Of a stretch of 64,000 nt of DNA, positions 1-10,215 are shown one piece after another. Origin of the DNA: Acidimicrobiia bacterium. Lineage in GTDB: Bacteria; Actinomycetota; Acidimicrobiia; Spongiisociales; Spongiisociaceae. Each line of letters begins with the position of its first letter. The stretch's first letter is position 1. Both the position numbers and the translations under genes were made by a program. The notes below the pieces were generated by a model. It did not search any database. It had not been told where the DNA came from and was given only the letters and a program-made list of their open reading frames with translations. The DNA lies in NCBI GenBank assembly GCA_965231815.1, contig OZ246890.1, positions 2,747,351 to 2,811,350 of the forward strand. Reading direction: 5' to 3'.

Positions 1-561
1 CCGTTCGGTGGGACGATGTCTCTGGACGCCGGAACCTACCTGGCTGTGTTGATGGACCTGGGTCGCTCCCTCGCTCGGGCATCCTTCCGGCGCTTGTTCA
101 TTGTCAACGGCCACGGCGGCAACCACGAGTTGATAGGGGTGGCCGCCCGGGACCTAGCCCTCGAAGAGGGCCTGGAGGTTGCGGCATGCTCATGGTGGGC
201 CCTGGCGTCCGACGAGTTGGCCGCGGTAGGCGCCGCCGAGATCGGACGGACCCCCGGCCACGCAGGGGCCTTCGAAACGTCGGTGGTCCTAGCCCTGGAC
301 GACAGCCTCGTTCGTGAACCGCTCCCGCACCGGCCCGACTGGGAGAGTTCGCTCATCGGTACCGTCGACGCGCCTCTACGGATCGAGAGACCTGGAAGTT
401 GGCAGGCCACCGACGGGTTCACCGATAGTCCCTCCAACGGAACAGCCGAGTTGGGACATGCCTTTTTGAAAGTCGGCATCGACGAGGTCGCCGCTGCCAT
501 GGCCGAGTTCTACTACGGTTCCAGCACCGCTCCGGCGACCCGGACGGTCACGCAATCCTAG
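1..561 (+). CDS. Creatininase/creatinine amidohydrolase family protein, 5'-truncated by the window edge
   Basis: Frame open from base 1 (PFGGTMSL); NGHGGN and HAGAFETS family motifs. Confidence 0.85.
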   Translation, partial: PFGGTMSLDAGTYLAVLMDLGRSLARASFRRLFIVNGHGGNHELIGVAARDLALEEGLEVAACSWWALASDELAAVGAAEIGRTPGHAGAFETSVVLALDDSLVREPLPHRPDWESSLIGTVDAPLRIERPGSWQATDGFTDSPSNGTAELGHAFLKVGIDEVAAAMAEFYYGSSTAPATRTVTQS

Positions 562-578
562 TTTCGGGAGGAGTAGGA

Positions 579-1751
579 ATGACGGAGTTATTCGAGCGGG
601 CCGCGGCCGCCATCGACACGAGACGGGTGGTCGACCTCGCTCGTGCTCTGTGCGGCGTGCGTTCCGACGACCCGACGGCCGAGGGACCACGCGCCGAGAT
701 CATCGCCGACGTTCTCGACCGAGCCGGTGTCGACGTGCACATCGCCGACGTGGTCCAAGGACGCCCCAACGTGATCGCCCGTATCCCGGGAGAAGGCAAG
801 CGCGCTCCGCTCGTGCTGCAGGGCCACATCGACGCCTGGATCTATCCGTCCGGCTGGACCCATGACCCGTACGACCCATGGGAGGACGGCGCCAAGCTGT
901 ACGGAGGCGGCGTTACCGACATGCTGGGAGGGGTGGCGGCTATGGTGGCAGCCGTTGAAGCCGCCCCGGAGTTCGGTCCTCTTCCCGGAGACCTGATACT
1001 GCACGCCACCATGTATCACAACGGCAGCGGGTTGGGAGCGAAGTACGCGCTGGCAACGGAAGGCCCGTCCGACGGCTACGGGATCTGCGGAGAACCGTCG
1101 GACCTCAGCATCCACACCGCCAATGGCGGCTGCTTCAAGTTCGAGATCCTGCTCACAGGAACACCCGGACACGTATCCCGGATGGAATCGGCCGTGGACA
1201 CTCTCCGGCCGGCGGTCGCTATCTATGACAAACTCGTCGACCACCGATTCGCCCACGATCCCGAGCCCCGGCTGCCGGACCTGCCGCGCCTGCTGATCGG
1301 CCAGTTGCAAGCCGGCGAGGCGCCCGGCGCAGTGGCCGACTCGACCGCCATCCGCGGTGACCTGCGGTGCGTGCCCGGAATGAACAGGTCAGGTGTCAGG
1401 CAGGAGATCGTAGATATCGTCGAGAGCGTCGTCCCCGACGATGTAGATCGACGAGTGCGCATAATCGGGCTTCACCAACCGTTCCTCGGCGCCACTTCCG
1501 GCCCGCTCGTCGACGCCATCACGGCTGCGCAGACCCGGATACTCGGCAGTGTCCCGCGCGTAACCAACGAGCTTCCCGGCCAGGCTTTCGTCACCGACGC
1601 GGCAGACCTGGCCGCGGCGGGTCTCGAGACCGTCGTGTACGGTGTCGGCGCCTGGCATTACGCCCCGGACGAGTGGGTGTACATAGATCATCTGGCGGGG
1701 TCGGCCCGCGTTTATCTGGCTGTCGCAGCCCTGCTCGGGGCGGATTCCTGA
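579..1751 (+). CDS. M20/ArgE/DapE-family deacylase with an atypical active-site segment
   Basis: GRPNVIARIPG, GHIDA, LYGGGVTDMLGG, GEPS, C-terminal HYAPDEWV; GGAGGAG RBS upstream. Confidence 0.8.
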   Translation: MTELFERAAAAIDTRRVVDLARALCGVRSDDPTAEGPRAEIIADVLDRAGVDVHIADVVQGRPNVIARIPGEGKRAPLVLQGHIDAWIYPSGWTHDPYDPWEDGAKLYGGGVTDMLGGVAAMVAAVEAAPEFGPLPGDLILHATMYHNGSGLGAKYALATEGPSDGYGICGEPSDLSIHTANGGCFKFEILLTGTPGHVSRMESAVDTLRPAVAIYDKLVDHRFAHDPEPRLPDLPRLLIGQLQAGEAPGAVADSTAIRGDLRCVPGMNRSGVRQEIVDIVESVVPDDVDRRVRIIGLHQPFLGATSGPLVDAITAAQTRILGSVPRVTNELPGQAFVTDAADLAAAGLETVVYGVGAWHYAPDEWVYIDHLAGSARVYLAVAALLGADS

Positions 1752-1789
1752 TCCCGGGATCCGAGACGGCGGCCTGAGGATAGGCGAGA

Positions 1790-2641
1790 GTGATCGTCGA
1801 CTGCCACACCCACGTCGGGGCGTTGGAACACTTCAGCCCGACTTTCGTTGCCGAGATGGTCCGGGCCTGGGGTGAGATGAGATGGCCCGCCGACGACCTC
1901 GGCGCCCACCAAGCGGCCATGTCCGGAGTGGACAGAGCGATCGTCGTCGCCATGGACGCTCCCGCGGTTGGAATGGTCGTGCCCAACGAGTACGTGAGCG
2001 CCTACGTCGCAACCGACCCGGGCAGGCTGATCGGATTCGCCAGCGTGGATCCCAACCGGTCGGACGCTATCGAGCGGCTGGATTTCGCGGTCGAGGTACT
2101 CGGGCTCAAGGGTCTCAAGGTGGGCCCCATCTACCAGCACTTCGATCCGACCTCACCTCAGGCCATCAAGGTCTTCCAACGGGCGGAGGAATTGCACCTT
2201 CCTGTACTGTGCCATCAGGGCACGACCTTCGTGTCCGACGCACCTCTTCGCTGGGCGAGGCCCTTCCTGATCGACGACGTGGCGCGGGGCTGTCCCGACT
2301 TGAAACTCTTCATCGCCCACCTCGGGCATCCCTGGTGCGAGGAGACGATGGCGGTGATCCGCAAGCATCCCAACCTCTACGCGGATGTGTCGGCCCTCCA
2401 CACCCGACCGGCGCAGCTGTACATGGCACTGCTGTCTGCTATGGAATACCGGGTCACGGACAAGCTGCTGTTCGGAACCGACTTCCCGTTCGCCACCGCT
2501 GCACAGACCGAAGCGGCATTACGCGGCGTGAACGAAGCCGTCGGAGGGGGTTGGCCATCGATACCGAGCGAGGTGATCGAGGGAATCATCCATCGTCCGA
2601 CATTGCAGATACTCGGACTCGAAGATAGCGGTGGTCCGTGA
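1790..2641 (+). CDS. Amidohydrolase_2 family metal-dependent hydrolase
   Basis: DCHTH, LKGLK, HQG, AHLGHPW, LFGTDFP motifs. Confidence 0.85.
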   Translation: MIVDCHTHVGALEHFSPTFVAEMVRAWGEMRWPADDLGAHQAAMSGVDRAIVVAMDAPAVGMVVPNEYVSAYVATDPGRLIGFASVDPNRSDAIERLDFAVEVLGLKGLKVGPIYQHFDPTSPQAIKVFQRAEELHLPVLCHQGTTFVSDAPLRWARPFLIDDVARGCPDLKLFIAHLGHPWCEETMAVIRKHPNLYADVSALHTRPAQLYMALLSAMEYRVTDKLLFGTDFPFATAAQTEAALRGVNEAVGGGWPSIPSEVIEGIIHRPTLQILGLEDSGGP

Positions 2642-2800
2642 AATGATTCTCCGTACCTTGCCTACCTTCGACGCTCCTCGCCGCGTTCCGCCTTTTCGGC
2701 ATACCGCTGCGCGTGCGCCTTCGTCGGCGGGCCTGCCGGAGGGCGCGGATTCCGCTGCGTGCCACGCCGCCGCTTCACAGACACACCATGAGGAGCGAAG

Positions 2801-3919
2801 ATGAGGATCAAGCGAATCCGCACCACGCCCGTCGCCGTACCGATGGCCCCGGAACGGATCATCTCGGGGTCCGGCGGCACGCATGACCGGTCTCCCTTCC
2901 TGATTGTCGAAGTAGAGACCGACCAGGATCTGGTGGGACTCGGCGAAGTGTCTTGCACACCCGTATGGAGCGGCGAGGACTCCACCACGGCTGCTCACGT
3001 CATCGACTCTTACATCGGACCTGCCGTGGCCGATCTCGACCCACGCGCGCCGGAGGCGGCCTGGCCTGCCATCGAGGGGGCGATTGCGGGACATAAGTTC
3101 ACCAAAGCCGCGGTGGAGATGGCGCTTTGGGACATCGCGGGCAAGGCGGTCGGTCTCCCGGTTCACAGGCTGCTCGGCGGTCCCGTGATGCCCGAGATAC
3201 CGACCAAGTTCTCGGTGACCGGCGCCACTCCCGGCCACGCCGCGGAGGTAGCTTCGTGGGCGGTCGCCCGAGGATTCCCGGCGATGAAGGTCAAGGTGGG
3301 CCGGGGTGGGGTGGCGGACGATGTAGCCCGGGTAACGGCCGTCCGAGAAGCGATCGGAAACCATATCGTGCTGGGAGTCGACGCCAACTGCGGATGGGAC
3401 CGGGCCGAGGCGATCCTGGCGGGTCGGCGCCTCGCCGGGTTGGACGTTTCCTTCATGGAGCAGCCGGTCGCGGCGCGAGACTACGCGGGCATGGCGGAGG
3501 TCCGGCGCCGAGTCGAGATGCCGGTGGTCGCCGACGAGTCGGCCGGTACCGCCGAGGACGCAGCCCTGCTGGCGATCAACGAGTCTTGCGACATCCTCTC
3601 CATCTACGTCGGAATGTCCGGTGGAATCGCTCCGGCGCGCCGCATCGCCGCGGTGGCAACCTCGTTCGGTCTGGGATGGACGATCGGGAGCAACCTTGAA
3701 CTCGGCATTGCCCTCGCGGCGCACATGCACATTGCCGCGTCTACCCACGGACTCGACCGGCGCGTGCCGGCAGACATCCTGAGTCCCTTCTACTACGAGG
3801 GTGATGTGATCTCCGAGCCTCTGGATGTCCGGGCCGGCGTCGCTCTACCGCCGGAAGGGCCGGGACTCGGTGTACGGCTGGATAGGGATGCGCTTGACAG
3901 ATACCGGGACGATGATTGA
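2801..3919 (+). CDS. Enolase superfamily (muconate cycloisomerase/mandelate racemase-like) enzyme 1
   Basis: VEMALWDIAGK, KVKVG, VDAN, EQP, ADES, GPGLGV motifs. Confidence 0.88.
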   Translation: MRIKRIRTTPVAVPMAPERIISGSGGTHDRSPFLIVEVETDQDLVGLGEVSCTPVWSGEDSTTAAHVIDSYIGPAVADLDPRAPEAAWPAIEGAIAGHKFTKAAVEMALWDIAGKAVGLPVHRLLGGPVMPEIPTKFSVTGATPGHAAEVASWAVARGFPAMKVKVGRGGVADDVARVTAVREAIGNHIVLGVDANCGWDRAEAILAGRRLAGLDVSFMEQPVAARDYAGMAEVRRRVEMPVVADESAGTAEDAALLAINESCDILSIYVGMSGGIAPARRIAAVATSFGLGWTIGSNLELGIALAAHMHIAASTHGLDRRVPADILSPFYYEGDVISEPLDVRAGVALPPEGPGLGVRLDRDALDRYRDDD

Positions 3920-3952
3920 GACCTGACAGTTCCGAGACCGAGGTCACGCCGC

Positions 3953-5068
3953 TTGAAGATAGTCGAGATAACCGCGACGCCGGTTGAGGTCCCCCGGCTG
4001 GCGCACCTCCTCCCCAAGACGGCTCACGGCGAGGTCTCGGCCAGCCGCTACGTTATCCTCGAGATAGAAGACAGCTCGGGAATGGTGGGGATCGGCGAGG
4101 TTACCTGCTCACCCGCCTGGAACGGCGAAGAGGCGCTGGAGACATCCCGGCTCGTAGCAGGCCCGCTCCGATCGGAACTCCGGGGCGCCGATCCTCGCTC
4201 ATGGCCCGATGTATCCACCGGATTCGACGGAGCGGTCCGCAATCGCCCGTTCCTGCGGGCAGCGGTGGAGATGGCCTGCCTGGATCTCGCGGCGAGGCAC
4301 CTCGCTTTACCTGCCCACGCGCTGCTCGGTGGCGCCTACCGAACGACCATCGCCACCAAGATCGTACTTCCGGCCCGCGATATCGAAACTGTGCGGGCGA
4401 TGGCCGAGGGGCTGGCCGGGCTCGGAATAGCGACGGTCAAGGTCAAAGTCGGACTGGACGTCGACCAGGATATCGCCCGGGTCGCCACGGTGAGGAAAGC
4501 CCTCGGACCCGAGGTGAGGATCACGGTGGACGCCAACGAGGGTTGGTCCCTCGCGGAGGCGAGATCGGCCATGGGCCCGCTCCGGACGCTCGGAGTGGTG
4601 GCAGCAGAACAGCCCCTTCCTCGCCACGCGTGGGAGGCGTCGGCGGAGTTAAGGCGGGCCGGTGGCATGGCGGTGATGGGTGACGAGTCCATCTGGACCC
4701 GAGAAGACGTGATCAGAGCCGCCCGAACCGGCGCCTTCGACACCGTAAGCCTGTATCCCGGCAAGTGCGGAGGGCTACGCAGAACGATCGCGCTAGCCGA
4801 CCTGGCGCACGGACTCGGGTTAGCCGTCTCCTACGGGTCGAATCTGGAACTAGGGATAGGCGCCGCGGCGATCGCACATACCGTCGCAGCGACCAGGCGA
4901 CTCAGCTCGCTGGTTCCGGCGGACCTGATCGGCCCTCTGTACTTCGAGTCGACCATAGTAGAGGATGCCGGATTCGTGGGTTGGGCCGGAGCGACGGTCC
5001 CGCCGGGTACAGGTCTCGGCGTAGCGCTCGACCGGACTGCCCTTGACCGTTACCGGATCCGCTCATGA
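3953..5068 (+). CDS. Enolase superfamily (muconate cycloisomerase/mandelate racemase-like) enzyme 2
   Basis: VEMACLD, KVKVG, VDANEGW, EQP, GDES, GTGLGV; paralog of the preceding gene; TTG start. Confidence 0.88.
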   Translation: MKIVEITATPVEVPRLAHLLPKTAHGEVSASRYVILEIEDSSGMVGIGEVTCSPAWNGEEALETSRLVAGPLRSELRGADPRSWPDVSTGFDGAVRNRPFLRAAVEMACLDLAARHLALPAHALLGGAYRTTIATKIVLPARDIETVRAMAEGLAGLGIATVKVKVGLDVDQDIARVATVRKALGPEVRITVDANEGWSLAEARSAMGPLRTLGVVAAEQPLPRHAWEASAELRRAGGMAVMGDESIWTREDVIRAARTGAFDTVSLYPGKCGGLRRTIALADLAHGLGLAVSYGSNLELGIGAAAIAHTVAATRRLSSLVPADLIGPLYFESTIVEDAGFVGWAGATVPPGTGLGVALDRTALDRYRIRS

Positions 5069-5083
5069 CGGGAGCGAAGTTCC

Positions 5084-5824
5084 CTACGCTCGCAGCGTGA
5101 GCCTCGGGTTCATAGTCGCGACACGTTCAAGCAGGGAGGGCGCCAAGGCCATCATCTCGTCCTTGGTCCACCGGTAGGACGGTCCGGTGATCGATAGCGC
5201 CACCTCGTCTCGATTGGCGCCCAACCGGAGCGAGAATCCCAGGCAGCACACACCCGGACGACCCTCCTCGAGGTCGACGCTATACCCCCGTTCCCTGGTA
5301 CGCATCACCTCCGCCCTGAGCGCGGTCGCGTCGGTTGTCGAGTACGGGGTCATTTTCTCCAGATGTAACTGATCCAGGACCGAGTCCAGTTCGGGGTCGG
5401 ATAGCGCCGCCAGGTATGCCTTGCCGAGAGCAGACGCATGCAGGGCGTCTCTGGTACCGAGTTCGCACGAAACACGGAGCGGGTTGTGGCTGTCCACCCT
5501 GCCTACTATCAGCATCCGCTGACCGTGTGGCACGGCGATGTGCACCGTCTCTCCGGACATGTCCCGAAGCTCTCCGGCAAGTTGGAGCGCTTCCTGGAAG
5601 GAGGTTCCGGCAGCTGCGGCCTGGCCCACCGCTATCAGGTGCGGACTGACCATGTAGGTTCGGCGGTCATCCAGCACGATCCAATCCAGTTCCCGGAGGG
5701 TGTTCAGCAGGCGCAGGGCATTGGACTTGTGGACCCCCAACTCCCCGGCAACGTCATCCAGCCTCACCCTGCCCTCGCGGGCGACGAACTCGACAGCTCG
5801 TACTACCCGTGCCACGGTCTCCAT
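5084..5824 (-). CDS. IclR family transcriptional regulator
   Basis: N-terminal HTH (DVAGELGVHKSNALRLL), HASALGKA, RGYSVDLEE. Confidence 0.92.
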   Translation of the reverse strand: METVARVVRAVEFVAREGRVRLDDVAGELGVHKSNALRLLNTLRELDWIVLDDRRTYMVSPHLIAVGQAAAAGTSFQEALQLAGELRDMSGETVHIAVPHGQRMLIVGRVDSHNPLRVSCELGTRDALHASALGKAYLAALSDPELDSVLDQLHLEKMTPYSTTDATALRAEVMRTRERGYSVDLEEGRPGVCCLGFSLRLGANRDEVALSITGPSYRWTKDEMMALAPSLLERVATMNPRLTLRA

Positions 5825-6014
5825 CAGAGCACTTTCCCCCTCACAGACAATCTCGCGAGACTAGCGGCGGGGCAGGGAACCGCGACTGCCCGGTCCTTGA
5901 AGCCCGCAGGTCCGACCGCTCGGCGGATAGGCGCCGGCGGGTGAGCGCACACGGCTTCGAACGGTTCCGGCCGAACAGACCATCTGGACCTCGCGATACC
6001 AGCCCGTATACCAC

Positions 6015-6076
6015 TTGACACCCTCTATTAGGCGTGACAACAATGATATTCGCAAAGCGGTTGCGCTCAGCGCAAC
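6015..6076 (+). promoter_or_regulatory. Putative promoter and operator of the ABC operon
   Basis: TTGACA at 6015-6020; 17-bp palindrome GTTGCGCT-C-AGCGCAAC at 6060-6076, between the divergent iclR and ABC genes. Confidence 0.5.
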
Positions 6077-6124
6077 ATCATACACACAGTGGAGACTTGC
6101 CTCTCCACGGAGGAGGAGGACGCG

Positions 6125-7285
6125 ATGGCGATACGAAGACGGGTGATCGGCGCGGTCATAGCTCTCTTTCTCGTAGCCGCCGCCTGCGGTGGCGACGAAC
6201 CGGCGCCCACGACAGCTGCGGCTACTACAGCGGCAGCCGAGGAGATGAGCGTGTGCGAGGGGACCACGCTGAGCTTCATAGGGCTCGACGGTGAAGCCGG
6301 AGAGGTCGAACTCGAAGCATGGCGGGAAGAGAACAACGTCACCCTCGAGACCAACTGGCCCGGTAACTGGCCACAGTTCGTCACAGCGATCAAAGTCGGG
6401 GACGTCTACGACCTGGCGACCATCGCCTACTTCCAGGCTCAACGCCAGATCGAGGCCGGTCTCTTCCACCCGATCGACACCAGCCGGCTCTCGAACTGGG
6501 ACAAGATGTTCGCGGGCCTGCGTGAGAACGTGTCGTTGCGCGGTACCGACGGTCAGGTGTACGGCGTGCCGATCGCCTGGGGGGACGGTCCTTACATCTA
6601 TCACCCCGAACGTGTCCCCAACCCGCCCGTGTCGATCCTCGAGCTGGCGGAGCCGGAGTGGGAGGGCCGCTTTACCCTGTTCGACTCCGCGATCTGGCTC
6701 TTCTCGATGCTGGCCGTCGCCCTTGAATTCGACGACGGGGTCGGTGAGTTGACCTACGTCACGGACGAACAGATGGAATCGATCAAGGAAGAAGCGATCA
6801 AGATCGTGAGAAATGCAGCCGGTTTCACCAACGGCTACCAGGAAGCCACCGACGTGATCGTCGCGGGCGACTCGGACCTCAACATAAACGGTTGGGAAGC
6901 GATGCTCACCTGGGCCGAGGAGCAGGGCGAGACCCTCGACTTCGACTTCTTCGTGGAGTCGGGCGGAGGCGGCTGGTGGGACGGCCTCGCCATTCCCGTA
7001 ACCGCCGACGACATCGACTGCGCCTACGAGTACATCGACCTGATGATCTCCGACGAGATCAACGCCCAGGTCGGCGAGAACCTGGTCTCGGGGGTCGTCA
7101 ATGAGGTGTCGGCCGAACTGGCCGGCCCGGGCGCCCAGATATATGACTACGACCTGGTGAGGCCGGAAGTGCCGGAGGTGTCGTTCCGGGATCAGTCCCC
7201 ACCCGAGGACGACGATGCCGAGGAAGGCATCGCATCGTACTCCGACTGGCTGGAGACCTGGGAAGAGGTGAAGGCAGAGCTGTAG
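6125..7285 (+). CDS. PotD/PotF-like ABC transporter substrate-binding lipoprotein
   Basis: GGAGGAGGAGG RBS, lipobox VAAAC, YGVPIAWG, WWDGLAIP; very acidic protein. Confidence 0.85.
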   Translation: MAIRRRVIGAVIALFLVAAACGGDEPAPTTAAATTAAAEEMSVCEGTTLSFIGLDGEAGEVELEAWREENNVTLETNWPGNWPQFVTAIKVGDVYDLATIAYFQAQRQIEAGLFHPIDTSRLSNWDKMFAGLRENVSLRGTDGQVYGVPIAWGDGPYIYHPERVPNPPVSILELAEPEWEGRFTLFDSAIWLFSMLAVALEFDDGVGELTYVTDEQMESIKEEAIKIVRNAAGFTNGYQEATDVIVAGDSDLNINGWEAMLTWAEEQGETLDFDFFVESGGGGWWDGLAIPVTADDIDCAYEYIDLMISDEINAQVGENLVSGVVNEVSAELAGPGAQIYDYDLVRPEVPEVSFRDQSPPEDDDAEEGIASYSDWLETWEEVKAEL

Positions 7286-7322
7286 GGGGAACGCTCGGGG
7301 GTAGCGTTATCCTGAAGCAAGA

Positions 7323-8255
7323 GTGGCTGGTCTAGGGACAGTCGACCGTATAGAGCCTCCGCGGATTGACGACTCCGTGTCGTTAGCAGCGGAGGCTCTC
7401 GGCCGTAAGCGACGACGAGACCGGATCGTGGCCTGGCTGCAGTTGCTGCCGGGATCAGCCTTCTTCTTCGCCTTCTTCCTGCTACCCCTGCTGGGCTTGC
7501 TGGCGATGAGCTTCTTCAGCCTGGTCGACTTCGAGCCGGTTGTGGACTTCACCATCTCCAACTATGCCGAGGTCCTGACCAGCAGCGTGCACGCCCGGCT
7601 AGCGTTGCGCACGGTCCAGGCGGCGACGATCGTCACGGCCATCGTCCTCCTCGTCAGCTTCCCGTTCGCGTACACTCTGAACTTCGTGTTCCGGCGCCGG
7701 CGCCAGTTGCTGTTCTTCCTGGTCCTGGTCAGCTTGTTCGGCGGTTATATCGTCCGTATCTATGCCTGGAGGAGCATCCTCGGGAACCAGGGAGTGATCA
7801 ACCAGGGTCTCATGGCCTTCGGCATCGTAGACGAACCGGTGAGGGAACTTCTCAACAGCATGTACGCGGTAGGAGCCTCGCTGGTCAACTTCCTCGTCCC
7901 GCTTGGCGTTCTCCCGATATACGCGGCCATGCAGAACGTGTCGCCGGGAATAGCCGAGGCCGCCCGTGATCTCGGCGCGTCGCGACTCCGGGCCGCCCGC
8001 CAGATCGTTCTACCCCTATCGATGCGGGGGGTACGAGCGGCGGCGGCATTCGTCTTCATCGCCACACTGGGTGAGTGGGTGACGCCTCGCCTGCTGGGCG
8101 GGACCGAGGATCTTCTGATCGGGAACCGTATCGAGTACTACTTCGGGGCTTCGCTGGATTGGCCGGCCGGCGCCGCTCTCGCCATCACGCTCATAGTGGC
8201 CATGGGCGTCGCCGCGTACGCGATCATGTCCCTCATGAAACGGTTGGCGCGATGA
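7323..8255 (+). CDS. PotB-like ABC permease
   Basis: TM helices, VRIYAW, EAARDLGA loop. Confidence 0.9.
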   Translation: MAGLGTVDRIEPPRIDDSVSLAAEALGRKRRRDRIVAWLQLLPGSAFFFAFFLLPLLGLLAMSFFSLVDFEPVVDFTISNYAEVLTSSVHARLALRTVQAATIVTAIVLLVSFPFAYTLNFVFRRRRQLLFFLVLVSLFGGYIVRIYAWRSILGNQGVINQGLMAFGIVDEPVRELLNSMYAVGASLVNFLVPLGVLPIYAAMQNVSPGIAEAARDLGASRLRAARQIVLPLSMRGVRAAAAFVFIATLGEWVTPRLLGGTEDLLIGNRIEYYFGASLDWPAGAALAITLIVAMGVAAYAIMSLMKRLAR

Positions 8256-9088
8256 CCGCGACCACCGTATCCCCGCCGTCACCTGGAGGTTGGCGACGAG
8301 GCTTGGCGAAGCTACGGCGGCGTCCCATCGCCTCGTCCGGTTTCGTCGGGGTGGTGCTGGTCTACCTGTTCGCGCCCCTCATCGTGATGGTTGCCTTCTC
8401 GTTCAATTCCTCCCCCCGGCTCAGTTTCCCCTTCTCCGGCCTCTCGTTACGATGGTACGAGGAGATCTTCACCGACACCCTGGTGCTCCGGGCCTTCCGC
8501 AGAAGCGTGCAAGCGGCGGTGGTGACCGCCGGCATCACCGGGGTTCTGGGACTGCTGGCTGCGCTGGGAATCCTCAAGATCGCGAAACGCGCCAGAGGGT
8601 TCATCCTGGCCATCTCGGCTGCGCCACTCGCGGTACCGGGGCTTCTCTTCTCGATCGGTTTGGCGATCATGTATCGACAGATAGGCTTCGAACGCTCCAT
8701 CTGGGCAGCGACCCTGGGGCATGCGTTGATCGCCCTTCCATTCGTATTCCTGGTGGTCGGAGCGTCGCTGGAGCGATTCCGGTTCACGCTGCTGGAAGCG
8801 GCGCGAGATCTGGGTGCCTCACGTTGGCATGCGTTCCGGACGATCACGCTCCCGTTGATCCTTCCGGCCGTCATGGGTGCGATGCTCCTAGCCGCGGCGA
8901 TCTCCATCGATGACTTCGTGATCGCGTTCTTCACGGCCGGGCAGGACAAGACGCTGCCCCTGATCATGTACGGACGGGTCCTGAAGGGCATCGACCCGAC
9001 CCTGAACGCGATCGGTACAGTGATGCTATTGCTGACGACGAGCCTGGCATTCATGGCGGCGCGTCGAACGACGATCGGTGAGCGATGA
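8252..9088 (+). CDS. PotC-like ABC permease
   Basis: ATGA overlap with the previous gene; FSFN, SLRWY, LEAARDLGA, SIDDF. Confidence 0.9.
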   Translation: MTATTVSPPSPGGWRRGLAKLRRRPIASSGFVGVVLVYLFAPLIVMVAFSFNSSPRLSFPFSGLSLRWYEEIFTDTLVLRAFRRSVQAAVVTAGITGVLGLLAALGILKIAKRARGFILAISAAPLAVPGLLFSIGLAIMYRQIGFERSIWAATLGHALIALPFVFLVVGASLERFRFTLLEAARDLGASRWHAFRTITLPLILPAVMGAMLLAAAISIDDFVIAFFTAGQDKTLPLIMYGRVLKGIDPTLNAIGTVMLLLTTSLAFMAARRTTIGER

Positions 9089-10215
9089 GCAGCGTATCAA
9101 GAGAAACCGGGCCGCCGGCCATCCGCCTCGACCGTGTTACCAAACGGTTCGGGGGTGTCCTGGCTGTCGACAACGTCAGCCTCGAGATCGAAGAGGGCGA
9201 GTTCTTCTCGCTCCTCGGACCCAGCGGGTGCGGCAAGACCACCACACTACGGATGCTGGCCGGCTTCGAGACCCCCGACGAGGGGTTGGTCTACCTGCGC
9301 GGGAAGGACGTAACGCTGGTCCAGCCCAACAAGCGGGCCACCAACATGGTCTTCCAGAACTACGAGCTGTTCCCGCATATGACGGTGTCCAACAACGTGG
9401 CCTACGGACTGAAGCTCAAGAAAGTCCCGAAACGCGAGATCACCCGGCGGGTCGACGAGATGCTGGAAGCGGTCGGTGTCGGCGGCCTCGGCAAGCGCGC
9501 CGCTGATCAACTCTCGGGCGGCCAACAACAGCGGGTAGCTCTGGCGCGCGCCCTTATCAACCGCCCCGCCGTGCTCCTGCTCGATGAACCTCTGAGTGCT
9601 CTCGACGTGAAGCTTCGGAAGCGGATGCAGTTGGAGCTGAAGTCCATCCAGGAAACTCTCGGGACCACCTTCGTGTACGTAACCCACGACCAGGAGGAGG
9701 CCTTGCTGATGTCCGACCGGGTCGGGATCATGAATCACGGCGTGCTGCTGCAGGTCGCGACGCCTCGCACCATCTACGAGCAACCGGCCGACGACTTCGT
9801 GGCCGACTTCGTGGGGACTTTGAACGAGATCACCATCCGGATCGAGAACCTCGACGCCGGGCGAGGTCTGGTGGCCTCCGGCGACCGGGAAAGGATCTGG
9901 ATTGACGCGCCCGGCGGTATGTCAATCGGCCAGACCGTCAGACTGGCCGTACGGCCCGAAGCCCTCAAGATCACCCATCAGGACCGCTGGGACGGGGCGA
10001 CCGATCTGAGCTACGCCTGCGGCATCGTTTCCGATGTCATATACCTCGGCCCTTTCACACAATTCCTCATCGAGAGCGAACGGCTCGGGAGAGTGGTCAG
10101 CCAACAAGTGAGCGACGCCGGGGCAGCGGCGATCCAACCCGGCATGCAAGTGGTCGTCAGCTGGCATCCCGACACGGCATTCATGCTGGCCGGGCCTGCG
10201 AGTGAAGGTCGATGA
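9085..10215 (+). CDS. PotA-like ABC ATPase
   Basis: [24 protein letters not shown]-terminal TOBE-like region. Confidence 0.95.
   Translation: MSSVSRETGPPAIRLDRVTKRFGGVLAVDNVSLEIEEGEFFSLLGPSGCGKTTTLRMLAGFETPDEGLVYLRGKDVTLVQPNKRATNMVFQNYELFPHMTVSNNVAYGLKLKKVPKREITRRVDEMLEAVGVGGLGKRAADQLSGGQQQRVALARALINRPAVLLLDEPLSALDVKLRKRMQLELKSIQETLGTTFVYVTHDQEEALLMSDRVGIMNHGVLLQVATPRTIYEQPADDFVADFVGTLNEITIRIENLDAGRGLVASGDRERIWIDAPGGMSIGQTVRLAVRPEALKITHQDRWDGATDLSYACGIVSDVIYLGPFTQFLIESERLGRVVSQQVSDAGAAAIQPGMQVVVSWHPDTAFMLAGPASEGR

Noticed and set aside
1-561. Mycofactocin MftE or RiPP cluster
   Set aside because: A creatininase fold alone is not enough. No precursor peptide or radical SAM gene lies in the window, though upstream sequence is unseen.
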